Shown here piece by piece: positions 1 through 13,930 of a stretch of 64,000 nt of DNA. Origin of the DNA: the human T2T-CHM13v2.0 reference genome, Homo sapiens; NCBI RefSeq assembly GCF_009914755.1, contig NC_060932.1; one strand, given 5' to 3'. Under the pieces are notes generated by a model. It ran no database searches, was not told the DNA's origin, and was given only the letters and a program-made list of their open reading frames with translations. A program made the position numbers and the translations under genes. The stretch's first letter is position 1. Each line of letters starts with the position of its first letter.

Positions 1-1282
1 ATAAGTTTTGGGGGGCGGGAGTGAGGAAAAGGCCCCCCTCTGGTGGTCCGGGCCCATGGTCCTGCCAGGGGCCCACAGCATGAAGACGTAGCTCCCTCAC
101 ACACACGTTGAATTTGGATTTGCTTGTCTGGCTTCTGCTGGGGCGCAGGATGTGGGGATGGAAGGACCAAGACACACGACAGAGAACAGCGTCACGGGGT
201 CACCGTCCCACTTCCCACCCCGCGCCTCACAGCACAGACGGGGGATTTGCCGGCCTCACGCCGGCCGAGCCACTGCTGACTTCACGCAGCCCCAGCCATG
301 CCCCCAATCAGACACACGGAGCCCCAAGGCGGGCCAGATCTCAGGGCCGGATGGGGCTGTGGAGCTGTGCCTTAGACGGGGGGGAAGGACTCCCTGCCCC
401 AGGCCGGCACCGCACAGTCCCTGGGTAGAAAATTGAGTCCTGTTTGGAGGACAGCTGCTCCCACATCTGGGGGCCTCTGGATCTGCAGGGCAGGGCTTTG
501 GTGGTCCATAAACATACCCCGAGGAACACTCGTGGAGCCGTCTGCATTTTATTTTTGTCAATTATGGCACTAATCATGTCCTTTTACTAGAGATCCCGCA
601 GTGTCTGTGCTCCTTCGTTACATCCCTAAAAGACAAGCTCCCGAGGGCCATCCATGGTGGCCTCCCAGCAGTTCCTGCACGTCACAGCATTTAAAAGAAA
701 TCCAGTGAATAAAACAGTTCAGCTTCAATTCAGTAACCGCATAGAATTTCACTTGTGAATTGAAAAGTTCAGGGCCTGAGATAATCTTAAGCTGCTGGAT
801 CTGTGGGGAAAACAAACATCTGAGGTCCAGAATTCGTTTGGAGACTCTGCCGCAAGTCCGGATTCGGCATCAGATCAGCTGTGCTGTGTGTGCTTCCAAA
901 GACGTTTCTGATCTGCAGGGACGTCGTCCCGTGTAAGAGTTCAGCGGTGCCTCCACTCTGGACGGCAGAACTGATCCCCAGACGGGGCTGGCCTTGTCTT
1001 TCAAGCAGAGACCAGAGTGGGCTTTTAAAGGGGAACATCTTCAGGGTGTGCGTCGGGGTCAGCCTCATGTTCCCAGAGCCCATCTGAGAGGCCGGCAGGG
1101 AGGAAGGGACCCTGTTCCTTGCTGTCTGTTGTCCACCAATCTCCTTAGAAGGTTGTCTCTTTAGGGGACAACACAGACCCTCACCGGTGCTGACTGGGAG
1201 GAAGGAGCCTGGCTACCCCCAGCTGTGCTTCCAAGCAGTGTGAGTCACATTTAGCGTTGTTTGCAGAACTGAAATGCTCCCT

Positions 1283-1502
1283 GTAGAGTCAGCTTGGGCA
1301 GCCCTAACTAAGGAGCCCAGACTGGGCGGCTTAAACAACGGACGTTGATTCTCCCATGTCCTGGAGGCTGCAGTTCAAGACCAAGGTATGGCAGAGCTGA
1401 TTCCTGCTGAGGCCCCTCTCCCTGGCATGCAAACCCCATCTTCTCCTTGTGTCCTCACAGCGTCATCCCTCCGTGCGTTTTTGTGTCCCCATATCATCTT
1501 CT
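1283..1502 (-). mobile_element. MLT1 (MaLR, MLT1A/B/C-like) LTR fragment
   Basis: The run ...ctgggcggcttaaacaac...ttctcccatgtcctggaggctgcagttcaagaccaaggt...ctccttgtgtcctcaca resembles the reverse-complemented MLT1 LTR. Confidence 0.7.
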
Positions 1503-2599
1503 CAAAAAAATAGATCCTGGAGCTCTTTCCATATAATCACATAAAAAACCTTCTCATTGCCTTTCCAAGGGTACAAGTGACGTCACACAGTGAGAGGGAC
1601 ACAGTCATCGGACCAGCTTACAGTCTTCCCACCGCCTTGCCACAGACCTGGGCTTTCTGTGAACATCTCAGGTCCTTCCGTCTGCATCACTCTTACCACC
1701 CGTGGGTTCAGCATCTTCCCACATGATCCTGGGACCTTTTAGCGCTGTGTTCTGCTAACCCTCCTGCACACCCTTGGCCATTTGTCCCCGGTTATTTGTT
1801 GGTATTTTTCTTCTTGACTTCTTGGTGGTTTTGCGGGGAGATTGTCCTTTTGTGGATGGCGGAGCAGCCAATCCTTTCCCTGGCTTTCATTTGCCTTTAC
1901 TTTGCTTCCATTGTTTTCTTTCTGTTCAGAAGTGCTGAGTGTGCTCAAATTCCTTGGTCCTTTTTGTACAGCTTCTGGATTTTCAGCTGTTGTTAGGTCT
2001 CCTGAGGCAACAACTTCAAAGCAATTCACCGGTGTGTCTCTAGGACTCTGATGTCTTTTTTTTTTTTTTTTTTTTGATATATGACATTGTTGAAACTTTT
2101 GGGGAGCAAACTTACCTTAAAGTCATGAGTTCAAAATTCAAACCAGGCTTCTGACAAGTTACTACCACTATGTATTATCTAATGTTTAGTTTTTGGTTAA
2201 TGGCTTTTTATTTTAGTTGGATTTTTCTGAATGAAATTGATTGCTGTTAGCTGGTGGAATTACAGGAGCATTTTCCATCCATTTTTTCTGAGCTGCGCAG
2301 TTATTGATGGTGACCATCAGAGTCCCAGTGTACAATCCTGGCGATGGCAGAACAGGGAGGTGGGCAGACCCCAAAGCTGCGGTCCTCAGAAAATGGAAGA
2401 ACTCAGGACTTACACAGCAGAAGCTCCACACTTCTAAAGATTTAGTGAATTCCCAGATCCAACCATGTGCGAATCGCAGAAAGAATAGTAGATTTAAAAA
2501 GTCACCTTGAGATTCTAATGCTGGGAGGTTCTTCCTGATCTCACCTCTGCTTATACAGTGTATCCTCACTCCCAGCCTCTTAGCAAAATGCCCCAAATC

Positions 2600-2747
2600 A
2601 CCTGTGTGGTGTTGGGCAGTGATGGAGCCTAGGTGTATCTTGGCCTCATCTCTTGTGTGACATTGGGTAGTGACGGGACCTCAGCATGTCTTGGCCTCAT
2701 CTCCTGTGTGACGTTGGGCGGTGATGGGACCTTGGTGTGTCTTGGCT
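2600..2747. repeat. 51-bp tandem repeat, about 3 diverged copies
   Basis: tgtgtg..ttggg..gtga.ggg.cct..g.gtcttggcctcatctc recurs with period 51 (17-aa repeat LGLISCVTLG in the ORF track). Confidence 0.85.
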
Positions 2748-2771
2748 TTGTCTGTAAAGTGGATTTATGCT

Positions 2772-2968
2772 GCAGGCTAAGTATCCCTCTTCTGAAATGC
2801 TTGGCATTAGACGTGTTTCAGATTTGGAATTTTTTTGGAATGGGGGACATTTGCATTACATACTTGCCAAGTGAACATCCCTAATCCAAAACTCTGAACT
2901 CCAAAGCGCTCCAGTGAGCATTTCCTCTGAGCGTCACCGTGGCAGCCAGTAAGTTTCAGATTTGGGAG
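2772..2968. mobile_element. MER46/Tigger4-type TcMar DNA transposon relic
   Basis: Starts with TIR-like caggctaagtatccct...gaaatgcttgg; internal catccctaatccaaaa...gctccagtgagcatttcct.tgagcgtca...gtttcagattt. Confidence 0.7.
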
Positions 2969-3209
2969 TAACAATGTAATGACAATGCTGTGAGCGCTTC
3001 TCAGTTCCCATGGTGTTCCCAACGGGCTTCAGTTCCTGAACGCTGTTCCCTCCTCTGCTGGAGCCTCCTGCATTGACTCCCCAGGTGGACGTTGCGGTGG
3101 CGATTGTGTTTTTACACTCACGGGTCCATAGCCCTGCTCTGTGACAGCGCCTCACCTGCGTTAACCTTCCTACCTCTTACCTGCACGCCTACCGGCAGGG
3201 CTGAGAGTC

Positions 3210-3335
3210 TCCCCCACTCACAGGGGAGGAATTGGGGGCTCAGAGGGTGGGAATGCATGTGGGTCCAAGGGCAGTCAGTGGTGGAGCTGGATTTAGACTC
3301 ATTCAACTTAGACTCCGGAGCCCAGGACCATAATC
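3210..3335 (-). mobile_element. MIR fragment
   Basis: cccactcacaggggaggaattgggggctcagag...gtggtggagctggattt...gactccggagccc resembles the MIR core. Confidence 0.55.
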
Positions 3336-3823
3336 ATGGGCAGTGCTGCCTCTTTATTTTGGAAGCAGATGATGAAACACCTGAATTACAATCATTTGAA
3401 CAAGCAAAGCTGGTTTGTTCTCATAGCGAGACTTCCCGAGGAGGACGGTGGTGAGTCCTGGCTGACCGCTGAGTTCTGCCACTGAAGACAAAGGCTTTCT
3501 TCATCTTTTCACTCTGCCATCCTTATTGGGTTGACTTTAAGTCCTCTTGGTTGCAAGGAGGTTGCCAGGTATCCAGCCACTAACTCCACATCAAGAGAGG
3601 AAGGAGGGAGCTGCAGTGGTGTGAGCTACGTCTATCCCTGTTATTGGAAACCCAGAGCTTCCCAGAGACGCCCCTACGTGACTTCCATTTACCTCTCAGG
3701 CCCAGGGTTCTCTCTGGGCAGCCCTCCTGCAGCAGAGCCTGGAAAGGGGGCGGTGGCTTTGCCACCTTGGAGAGGAGAGGGCAGGGCAAGAGCAAAGGAA
3801 ACGTGGTGTGGCCTCGAGTTAGG

Positions 3824-4024
3824 CTGCAAGCAGCGGGTGCCGTCACAAGCCCACCCGTTACCACGACTTCGCATCGTCTACATTGCAGGCTCACGTTCAC
3901 ATGCCCTATCCAACCCTCTCCTGCGAGCAGCGGGTGCCATCACAAGCCCACCCGTTACCACAGCTTCACATCGTCTACACCGCGGGCTCACGTTCACACG
4001 CCCTATCCAACCCTCTCCTGTGAG
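3824..4024. repeat. 97-bp tandem duplication (2 copies)
   Basis: ctgc(a/g)agcagcgggtgcc...ccctatccaaccctctc starts at 3824 and 3921. Confidence 0.95.
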
Positions 4025-5891
4025 TTCACAAATCCGTGACTGACATGGTGTGTACCTCGTCCTCTTGTCCAGGCTTCTCACAAACAAAATGTCCCACCCC
4101 AGCTTTCAAGTCTCACCAGAGCCTTTGCTGCCCCATGCCTGAGTGACACCACCATCCACCCGGCTCCAGCCAGAGGCCCTTGCCCACTGATCCCCTCCGG
4201 GAGGGGCCACCTGGCACATCTCTGAGTCAAGTCACCGTCACAGGCAAGCTCCCGCTTCTCACGTGCAGGACAGATGGCGCCAGGAAGAGGATGTCAGTGG
4301 AAAGCCATAATAAGTTCAAACATGAAATTAGTGTCTCACACAGCAGCTCTGGTCTTTGTCAGACTTTAATTGGGATCAGCACAGATTCATTGCCATGGAG
4401 AGGGAAGTAAAATGGGTAAATTCCAGTGCATTTCTGAGAGTGAGAAAAGTTTCTATTTTTCCTAAGGAAAGAAGAGAACTGAAATACGCTTCCTTTTATA
4501 ACCTATCTATGTGGGAACGGAACGGAAATATTCAGAATGTAAAACACTCCTGCCTGTGTCTATGCAGCATGCACGGCGTAACTGGGGCTGGCACGAGGGG
4601 TCAAGGACAAGCAGGACTCTACCTGCCACCCCCCTCAGGGGGACACAGTGCACGCGTTTAGCATCTCCCAGGACATGTGCTACCTGAAGCCCAAGGGAAA
4701 GTCCACCCATTTTTAATATTTTCTGTTTGAAAAAAAAAATACACAGCTCATCTTTATGTTCAACTATGCTTTTAAGTATCTGCAAAAAAAAAAAAGTTCA
4801 TTCAACTGATTGTATTACATACAATTTTCATGGACATTTTTTGTACAGTTATGACACTTCAGCTAAAAGAAAAAAGTCCTTACTGAAACAGGCTTAAAAT
4901 ACAGAAAGCTTTGCCTCTCCTGGAGGAACCATCAATAACGTGGCTTCCAGCCACTGCACGGCAGTGACTGCTGTGCGGTCCAGGCCTCCACCCCGTCGGA
5001 CGCAGCGATACCTTTGAAAACAGCACCTCCTCCTGGGTTACTGGGTTCCACTGCTGGAACAGCTGCCCCGAGGCTTTCTAGCTTTCCTCCTCAGGCCACT
5101 GGCCAGGTCTAGGCCCAAGCAGGAGCCCACCCCAGGCAGGAGGACAAGTATCCCAGGAGGACCTGAGCCCACGAACACTCCTGGCTCACTGCCCAGGCCT
5201 GGAGTGAACAGGGCATTGTTCCCACCCCAGTGCCAGGGATGAGGGCAGAGGAAGAAAGTAAAGCAAAACAGAAGACGTCATAAACTCCTAAGCCCAGAGC
5301 ACTGGGAGATCTCACATCTATGAAAACTTCTCAAAGGGCGGTGCCTCCACCAGGAGCAGCAGCAGCTAGGAACTTGACAGAAATGTAGATTCTCAGGGCC
5401 CACCCGGGGGCTGGCCTGCGATACCCCAGGTGATTCTCATGCTGAGAATAAATGTGATGCTGGCTCTGTCTCCTGTCACCACCTTCCGCCTGGAGCCTCT
5501 TGTCCTCAGTCAACATGGCTTTGCCATTGCAGCTGTAGGGACAGGTGAGTGGGTGACCAGATGACCGAGCTGAAACAGGCCCTGGCAGTAAGGAGCGTGG
5601 CCTTCCTGTTTGGAAACAGGAGGATGAGCCAAGGAGGAGACACAGGAAAGGAATGTCCTGCCATCTTAAGGAAGGACTGGGAGCTCCCCTTTTACAGAAA
5701 GCAAACAAATGCTTGATTTCCTAGGTGCTTCCAGGCAGAAAATAGTGATGCTCAGGAAACAGTAAAAGCCTTTCTGCAATTTTTAAAAATCAGTTCTTTC
5801 CTCACTTATTGATTCCTAGCATTTCCTAAAATGTTCACGTGATATTTAACCTTCCTCATGTTTATAAAATTATAGTGGCTAAAAATCCTTC

Positions 5892-6260
5892 TGTATTAGT
5901 CTGTTGTCATACTGCTTTATGTAAAGAGCTGCCTGAGCTGGGTAATTTATAAAGGAAAGAGGTTTAATTGACTCACAGTTCAGCATGGCTGGTGAGGCCT
6001 CAGGAAACTTACAATCGTGGCGGAAGGTGAAGGGGAAGCAAGGCACCTACTTCACAAGGTAGCAGGAAGGAGAAGGGGAAGAGCCCCTTGTAAAACCATC
6101 AGATCTTGTGAGATCTCACTCACTATCATGAGAACAGCATGGGGGATACAGCCCCCAGGATTCAATGACCTCCACTTGGTCTCTCCCTTGAAACATGGGG
6201 ACTATAGGGATTGTCATTGAAGATGAGATTTAGATGGAGACACAAAGCCTGGCCACATCA
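5892..6260 (-). mobile_element. THE1D/MSTA-type MaLR solo LTR
   Basis: Termini tgtattagtc...ccacatca, typical THE1 body, and 5-bp TSD CCTTC at 5887-5891 and 6261-6265. Confidence 0.92.
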
Positions 6261-6576
6261 CCTTCTTATGATGTCTTTCATGCCACAGATTATCTCAGTG
6301 GTGGCCAACAAGATGGACCGAAGACTTCAGAAGCAACAGGAGAGCTGAGGGTTGGAGTGTTCATCATATGCTGAGAAAAATTCATGTTTATAGAAAGCAC
6401 CAAAAATATTAATTACCCAAAGAGAGTGAGTCACCAGGTGCTGTCAAACCCAAGGCAGGGACTCGAGTTGCCAAAAATTCCAGACAACTGCTGATATGGT
6501 GAACATTAAAAAATTACAGAAGTTAAGCTTGAACAATGTGAAAAAATGGCAAATAATTACTCTTTGAACAGACACT

Positions 6577-7646
6577 TATCAGGGAACCTGCCCCGATATT
6601 CACGTAGGTTCTTTTCTATTTTCCTTAAGCGTTGGCCAGCTTGAGAAATAAAGGGACAGACTACAAAAGAGAGAAATTTTAAAGCTGGGCATCCGGGGAG
6701 ACATCACATGTCGGTACGTTCCATGATGCCCCACAAGCCACAAAAACCAGCACGTTTTTATTAGGGAGTTTCAAAAGGGGAGGGAGTGTGCGAATAGGTG
6801 TGGGTCACAGACATCAAGTACTTTACAAGGTAATAGAATACCACAAGGCAAGTGGAGGCAGGGTGAGATCACAGGACCACAGGACGGGAGCGAAATTAAA
6901 ATTGCTAATGAAGTTTCGGGCACCACTGTCATTGATAACATCTTATCAGGAGACAGGGTTTTGAGATCAACCGGTCTGATCAAAATTTATTTGGCAGGAA
7001 TTTCCTCTTCCTAATAAGCCTGGGAGCACTATGGGAGACTGGGGTCTATTTCACCCCTACAGTCTCAACCACAGGAGACAGGTGCACCTGGGGGGGCTGT
7101 TTATAAGCCTATACCTCCAGGCACGTATTCTCTTTCCCAGGGATGTTCCATGCTGAGAAAAAGAATTCAGCGATATTTCTCCCATTTGCTTTTGAAAGAA
7201 GAGAAATATGGCTCTGTTCTGCCCAGCTCACCGGTGGTCAGAGTTTAAGGTTATCTCTCTTATTCCCTGAACAATTGCTGTTATCCTGTTCTTTTTTCAG
7301 GGTGCCCACATTTCATATTGCTCAAACACACATGCTGTACAATTTGTGCAGTTAATGCAATTATTACAGGGTCCTGAGGCGACATACATTCTCCTCAGCT
7401 GACAGGATTAAGAGATTAAAGTAAAGACAGGCATAGGAAATCACAAGGGTACTGATTGGGGAAGTGATAAGTGTCCATGAAATCTTTACAGTTTATGTTT
7501 AGAGACTGCAGTAAAGACAGGCATAAGAAATTACAAAAGTATTAATTTGGGGAACTAATAAATGTCCATGAAATCTTCACAATCCACGTTCTTCTGCCAT
7601 GGCTTCAGCCAGTCCCTCCGTCTGGGGTCCCTGACTTCCTGCAACA
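6577..7646 (-). mobile_element. MER11 (probably MER11C; HERV-K HML-8) full-length solo LTR
   Basis: 1070 bp. Minus strand begins tgttgcaggaagtcagggacccc and ends ggggcaggttccctgata. 6-bp TSD GACACT at 6571-6576 and 7647-7652. Confidence 0.93.
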
Positions 7647-8093
7647 GACACTCAAATTGTTGTGGTGATTATAACAATTCCACGTGCATACCTTCCCCAC
7701 TTCCAGCAGAGGTAGGTGAAGACTTGGGGTCAGAAGAGACTGTTTCCTATGTGTGAATATCAGCCAGTGGTGTGATCTGGTCTATCAGGAATTCAGTAGG
7801 CTGAAATTCCAACTGTAAAGAACATTTTTGGATTCCATATATAAATGGTTAGGTACAAAAATTTGTTTTCTAACATTCCTCACTTTGAAAGTTCATTCCA
7901 ATGTTTTCTGTTTAATAAATATTGAGAAACCATAAAGTTTCCAAATGTATTCCACATTCCCTTGAAAGTGCTGAAACTTTGTTTCTTTTTTAAGTTTATT
8001 TTTGAAGCAACTTAAGTTCCTCCCCTCCCCGCTAAAAAAGCAGGCAACTGGTTAAGTATGGTGCATTAATTAAATAGTAAGATATTATTAGAG

Positions 8094-8096
<3 letters not shown>

Positions 8097-8134
<38 letters not shown>
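8097..8134. repeat. (GT)19 microsatellite
   Basis: Pure GT run. Confidence 0.97.
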
Positions 8135-8135
<1 letters not shown>

Positions 8136-8430
8136 CAGGTTCTTAACCTGGGACAAATTTCATAAGAGATAATAATGAGATAAGGAAAAGCTTCTTTCTG
8201 TATTCTCCTAGAATAAGTTTCCAGGTCAAATTACTTGCTAAAAGGACCTGTATTTCAAAAGCTGTTTTCTTCATTTAGTTCAGTGGTTTGACTGTTAGTG
8301 AGGTTAGAATTTTTTTCAGCTATTTGGTATTAATTTGTATTTTCATGTCTATGAAATTATTTCATACTGATAATTTTTTGAAGGAAATGTTTTCTTATTT
8401 ACAGGAATCTTTTAAATATTAAGTATGTTA

Positions 8431-8478
8431 TTGCACTCCAGCCTGGGCAACAAGAATGAAACTCTGTCTCAAAATAAA
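8431..8478 (+). mobile_element. Alu 3' end fragment
   Basis: ttgcactccagcctgggcaacaagaatgaaactctgtctcaaaataaa. Confidence 0.85.
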
Positions 8479-8679
8479 GTAGATATATTAGTGTTTAGGA
8501 TGTATATTTCCTTTTTTATATTTTAATATTCTCTAAGAGGAAAATTCTCTTTTGATTTTGAAATGTATTTTTCTGACCAACTCGTGTGGTCTTGGTGTGT
8601 GCATAACTAAATTTTGTTTCTCTCCTTGCATTGACTGGCAGAAAGTTAGAGCTACATGTAAATCATGCCCATAGCTAAC

Positions 8680-9095
8680 TGTGAACCCTGAACATTTGAG
8701 ACAGGTCTCAGTTTATTTAGAAAGTTTATTTTGCCAAGGTTGTCACGCACACCCGTGACACAGCCTCAAGAGGTCCTGAGGACATGTGCCCAAGGTGGTT
8801 GGGGCGCAGCTTGGTTTTACACATTTTAGGGAGACATGAGACATTAATATACGTAAGAAGTACACTGGTTCCGTCCAGAGGGGGTTCCAGGTCATAGGAA
8901 GGTGAGAGACACATGGTTGCATTCTTTTGAGTTTCTGATAAGCCCTTTGAAGGAGACAGTCAGCATATGCATCTGTCTCAGTGAGCAGAGGGATGACTTT
9001 GAATAGAGTGGGAGGCAGGTTTGCCCTGAGCAGTTCCCAGCCTGATTTTTCCCTTTAGCTTAGTGATATTGGGGCCCAAAGGTTTTCCTCTCACA
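8680..9095 (-). mobile_element. MER4A-type ERV1 solo LTR
   Basis: Termini tgtgaacc...ctctcaca, motif gacatgtgcccaaggtggttgggg..cagcttggttttacacattttagggagacatgagac, and 4-bp TSD TAAC at 8676-8679 and 9096-9099. Confidence 0.88.
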
Positions 9096-10077
9096 TAACA
9101 TGGGGGAGGTCCTGGAACGCACTCTTTGTGGAAACCTCCTTCCCATGCCACTGCCATTCCGATCCTTCTCTCTCTTGCTTCATATCTAAATGCTTTATAA
9201 ATTTACCTGACTTTCTCATTTGTATTTGCAAATCAAATTAGCTCCTTTTTAGAATGTGTCAGGGAGTAAGTAAATAAGCAATACGAGATTGGTTTTCTGA
9301 TACAGAAACATCCTTCTGCAGTGTCTTTGTTTAAGAGTATTTTCATATGGAATACTATAATTACCTACCCAAAGGATGGAAACATTTTTATGGCTCTTAA
9401 GATTTGGGTCAATTTATTTCTCAGAAGGTCACACTAACTGATAAATGCCCTCAAATAATCAATTCTTGCTTTACTGCATCCTAATCATAACAGTATATTT
9501 TAATTTTTAATGTATGTATTTGATTCAAAGAAATGTGCAAAAACTTTTAATTTAATTTACAATAGAGTTACTTTTTAAAATAGGTAGAAAGGAAAGATCG
9601 GGTTTGTGAAAATACTCTTTCTCTGCTTTCTACTGACGTCAGTTAGGAGGTTCGGTTATCGTCAAATGTTTTGAAACAATTTTAAGGAATTGAACTCACA
9701 AAAAGGCTCTTCCTAGGAGAGGAATACAAGTCCAGCCTAACTTTTTAAAGTCCTCATGAGCGTGGCTGCCTTTCCACCTGCCGAGCACCACGTATGCCCC
9801 ACGGTGAAATCACACCTTTGTTGGGCTCTGAGATGCATTCACCTGCACTTCTGTCTACTCTCCTTGCATATAAATTATTTCCAGATGATTCTTTCAAAAT
9901 CATAGGCCTGATTTATAGATTCCCAAATGAGATATTCTCCCCCGAAGAAATTTGTCATGTTAAAAAATGTGCAGTTGTTAGTCACTGATTCTAGGGAAAA
10001 AAAAAAAAAAAAGATTAACGGCATAAATCCATATTGATGTTGCCTATTTATCATTTGATTTTTAGAATATGTTTTTC

Positions 10078-10437
<360 letters not shown>

Positions 10438-10620
10438 CTATTTTCAGGATTTAAATTTAAATTTTAAATTTTAATTAAAATTTGGATTTTAACTTGCAAT
10501 GTTTATACCAAAGGTTCTGAGTTTCTGTCATCTTAAAACTTAAAATTAACTTAATTTTCATAAAACTTCAAGTTGATAAACTGAGAAGGTCATCAATAGT
10601 ACCTTAAAAATACTGTCAAT

Positions 10621-10825
10621 CAGCCCAGGCAATGTGGAGAGACCCTGTCTCTACAAAAAAATTAAAAAATAGCCTGGCACAGCGGCCTGAGCCTGTTGTC
10701 CCAGCTCCTCAGGAGGCTGAGGTGGGAGGATTGCTTGAGCGGGAGTTTGAGGCGACAGTGAGCTATCATCACACCACTGCACTCCAGACTGGGCAGCAGA
10801 GCAAGACTTTATCTAAAAAAATAAA
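10621..10825 (+). mobile_element. 5'-truncated AluJ
   Basis: gaggctgaggtgggaggattgcttgag...gagtttgaggcgacagtgagctat is J-type; ends in an A-rich tail. Confidence 0.85.
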
Positions 10826-11603
10826 ATACTATGAATACATATTTCAAAATTACATTTGCTTATGAAATAATTATTAAAAGTCAAATGTTTTAAAACAAGC
10901 ATTCTTCTTTTGCTGTATTCTGATATATACATTTGGAAATTGTCAGCAGGTTATAAATTTGTGTCAAAGCAAAAATATAATCACCCAAAACCGTATAAAA
11001 GGTAAAAGAGAAAGATTGATTGGTTGGTTTAAATTAAGGAGCCCCTGATCTTGTTTCAAAGGAAACTCAGGAAGATATTTGGGAAACAATTATAATTACT
11101 TTTGTGAAGCGAAAAGTGTGTGTCACAAGGCAAATTTTCTAGCACAGAAAGTAAGGTATGACCTTTTGGCTTCAGGAATAATGAGATTAGGTTTACAACT
11201 GATAGCAGCTTTCTTTTGTGCTTTGGAAGTCATTGTTTTCTAATGTTACAATAAAGATCTGTTTTAAAGCTACTTATTTTGCCTATAAATAAGATGTCAT
11301 TTGGTAATCAAGGGCAATTAAGTTGCAAATGTGCTCACCATAATGCTTAATCGAAAATGTAATGAAATTCTGAAAGAGTTGAAGAGTTGAACACCTGAGT
11401 TTAGAATCACAAAACTCCTTATGTTCACCTTGTACCAATCAAAAGACATCTATGAGCAGTTTTTCTTTAAAATTAGAACTTTGATATATGTGGAATCAGT
11501 GGGGATTTTTTTTAAAGATGTTTCTTAAAGATGGATTTTTTGTCCATCTCGCTATTGAACCTGCTGGTCTGAGAACCTGCTGGTCAAAGATTAATCACAA
11601 GGC

Positions 11604-11714
11604 TGTGTGTGTTTGTGTGTGCATGTGTGTGAGTGCACGTGTACATGTGTGTGAGTGTAAGTGTGTGTGCGCGTGATGTGTGTGCGTGTGCGCACGTGTG
11701 CTTGCGTGTGTGTG
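11604..11714. repeat. Degenerate (TG/CG/CA)n alternating purine-pyrimidine tract
   Basis: Imperfect TG run. Confidence 0.9.
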
Positions 11715-13054
11715 AAATCAGACTTTGCACGACCCACTCTGGAACACATTATAAGAGTTAATGAAATCCTAAATATTAGCTGAGATTGTGTTGAATGGAT
11801 GAAATCTTCTTGGCCAGCTCCATTTCCAAGGTGGCCTTTTGACTCCATTTGCCAGAGCGCACTGTTTTCGTGTCCCAAGCGTTCATTTCATTAAGCTCTT
11901 TCTGGTTGCAAAGGGCAGGCACCCGGAGCCACCTTCTGTAGGGCAAGGTCCTGTGGAGCCACGGGAGGAATCGAGGGAGGCAGGCCCTGTCTCAGCAAGT
12001 GCTGGCCGCTCCCCGACAGATGCCCAGAAGTCCCCCCAGGGGTAGTGGCCGCCTCTGTGAAGACACTCAGAGGGCTGGGCTGTAGCCCTGGTCATCACAG
12101 CCTCAGCCCTGGACAGCTGAATTGAGCCTGGCAGCTGAATTGTTCTCCATGTTGCTGTGAGCCCACTGACAAACTCCTGCCCTCAGTGTCTGGATTTCAC
12201 ACGCCCTGAGAAAGAGGATGTGATTTATCCTCTCAATCACCCACAAACATGAAATGCGCTTGCCTGGCCTCACCCCACGATGGGTCAGGAACGATGGCCA
12301 AGAGGGCAGGATTTTACGGGGCTGAGTGTGTCGACACACATGTTGTTCATGCTGTCAGATGGGCATGCCTAGCACAGACGTGTTCAAGCGGTCAGATGGG
12401 CATGCCTGGCACACACGTTGTTGTGAACTCTTGCATTGTTGGTAAGATGTGTGATGGATTTGGTTTTACCAAAAATGGCAAATGTGGAGTTATTTTTAAG
12501 GCATACTTCGTGTGCTATTTCTTGATGTGGTTTTATCACACAGTGTTGTTTTCGTCCACCTTGGTGCAACGGCCCTGGTGTTGCAAGAGGAGGTGAGCTC
12601 TGAGCAGAATTCTCACATATCTCCACTTAGGACACATTGTTGAGCATCGATGTGTGCCAGAGACTTGCAGGGCATTGAAGGCAGACAGTGGGCTGCCCTG
12701 TGCCGGCTCTCAGGTCCCAAGCCTGGATGACTAGGGCATGGACGGTGCTGTGGATGGATGGTGTTGGTGGTCAGCCAGCACAAGCACCACAAGCACTGCT
12801 CTGACATCCCTTGCGTGGCAGACACGTTGCCATCCTCTCCGAGGCTCACCTGAGAGTCTAGTGTGTCGGCTATAATGTAACAGTCATGACACGTGAGTAG
12901 CATTAGCCCCAGTTTCTCCATTAAAGGAATTAAACCGTTAGTGACAGTCAACTCGGTGTAGCAGGACAAGCACCTAGGGCAGGTGGGGGCACCCTGAGTA
13001 TTCAGGAGAACTGTTGGTTGATGGAGTGGAAGAGACAGAAGCCAGGGCACCGTG

Positions 13055-13200
13055 GTTCTGGCTGAAACTTGGGCACCTACAAGCCATCTGAACTTGGGAA
13101 AGTCACCTTCTTGGAGCAGTAATGTTGTCATCTGCCAGTCATGGGTAGTGACTGACGACTCCCTGGGATTGTTAGCAGAACCACATGAAATCAGCACCAT
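13055..13200 (+). mobile_element. MIR fragment
   Basis: tgaacttgggaaagtcaccttct...catctg...gggattgttagcagaaccacatgaaat resembles the MIR core. Confidence 0.45.
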
Positions 13201-13769
13201 GCCGACGACCATGAAAACTGCCTCTCATTTCATACCCGAGAACCAATATCTTATTCATTCCTAAAAAAGGATTATCTAACATCCATGGGGTTAGATTAGC
13301 CATACAGAGGCAGGTGCATTAAAATTCTGAATTTTCAAGTGAACGAAAAGATCTTCCTTTTTCCATTCGGTAAACCAGAGCACCACCTTGATCTGAAAGC
13401 ATTTTGAGCCTGGCGTGATGGACTTTGTGCTTCTGCGAAAGTGTAGTATAAATTCCATGGGGCCAGCCCTGCATCCTGACTGTCCCCGAGGGCTCTCTAG
13501 AGAAAGATGTCAAGGCCAGCCCTGTCCTCAGGTGCAGTCAGCAGACTCTGAATCTGAACCCGCGTTTGGTCTCATATTCATTTCGTCTCCCTTTTGCCCA
13601 AAGCATCCCATTCCTTTTCTGCCACTTCTCTCCCAAGTTTTCCCACCTCTTTATTTTTATTTCCATTCAAATATTTCACTTTGACACCATTGAACTAATT
13701 CCTCCCTGTAGGAGGCGCTGGCCAGGCCCAGGAGGCGACATGAGGGCATTCAGTGCTCACAGTCGCTAA

Positions 13770-13930
13770 TATGTCATCTGCTTGCTGCGGGCCTGGCATG
13801 GTCTAGGATGTTTACCTCTGTTGGCTCATTTAATGCTCACCACGACCCTCCAAGGCCGGTACAATGATTACGGGCCCTTCACACCTAGGAGAAGTAGTCA
13901 GGAAGTCTCCCAAGGCAGCACCACTGGTAT
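13770..13930 (-). mobile_element. MIR fragment
   Basis: ctcatttaatgctcaccacgaccct...ctcccaaggcagcaccactggtatgtgg. Confidence 0.55.
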
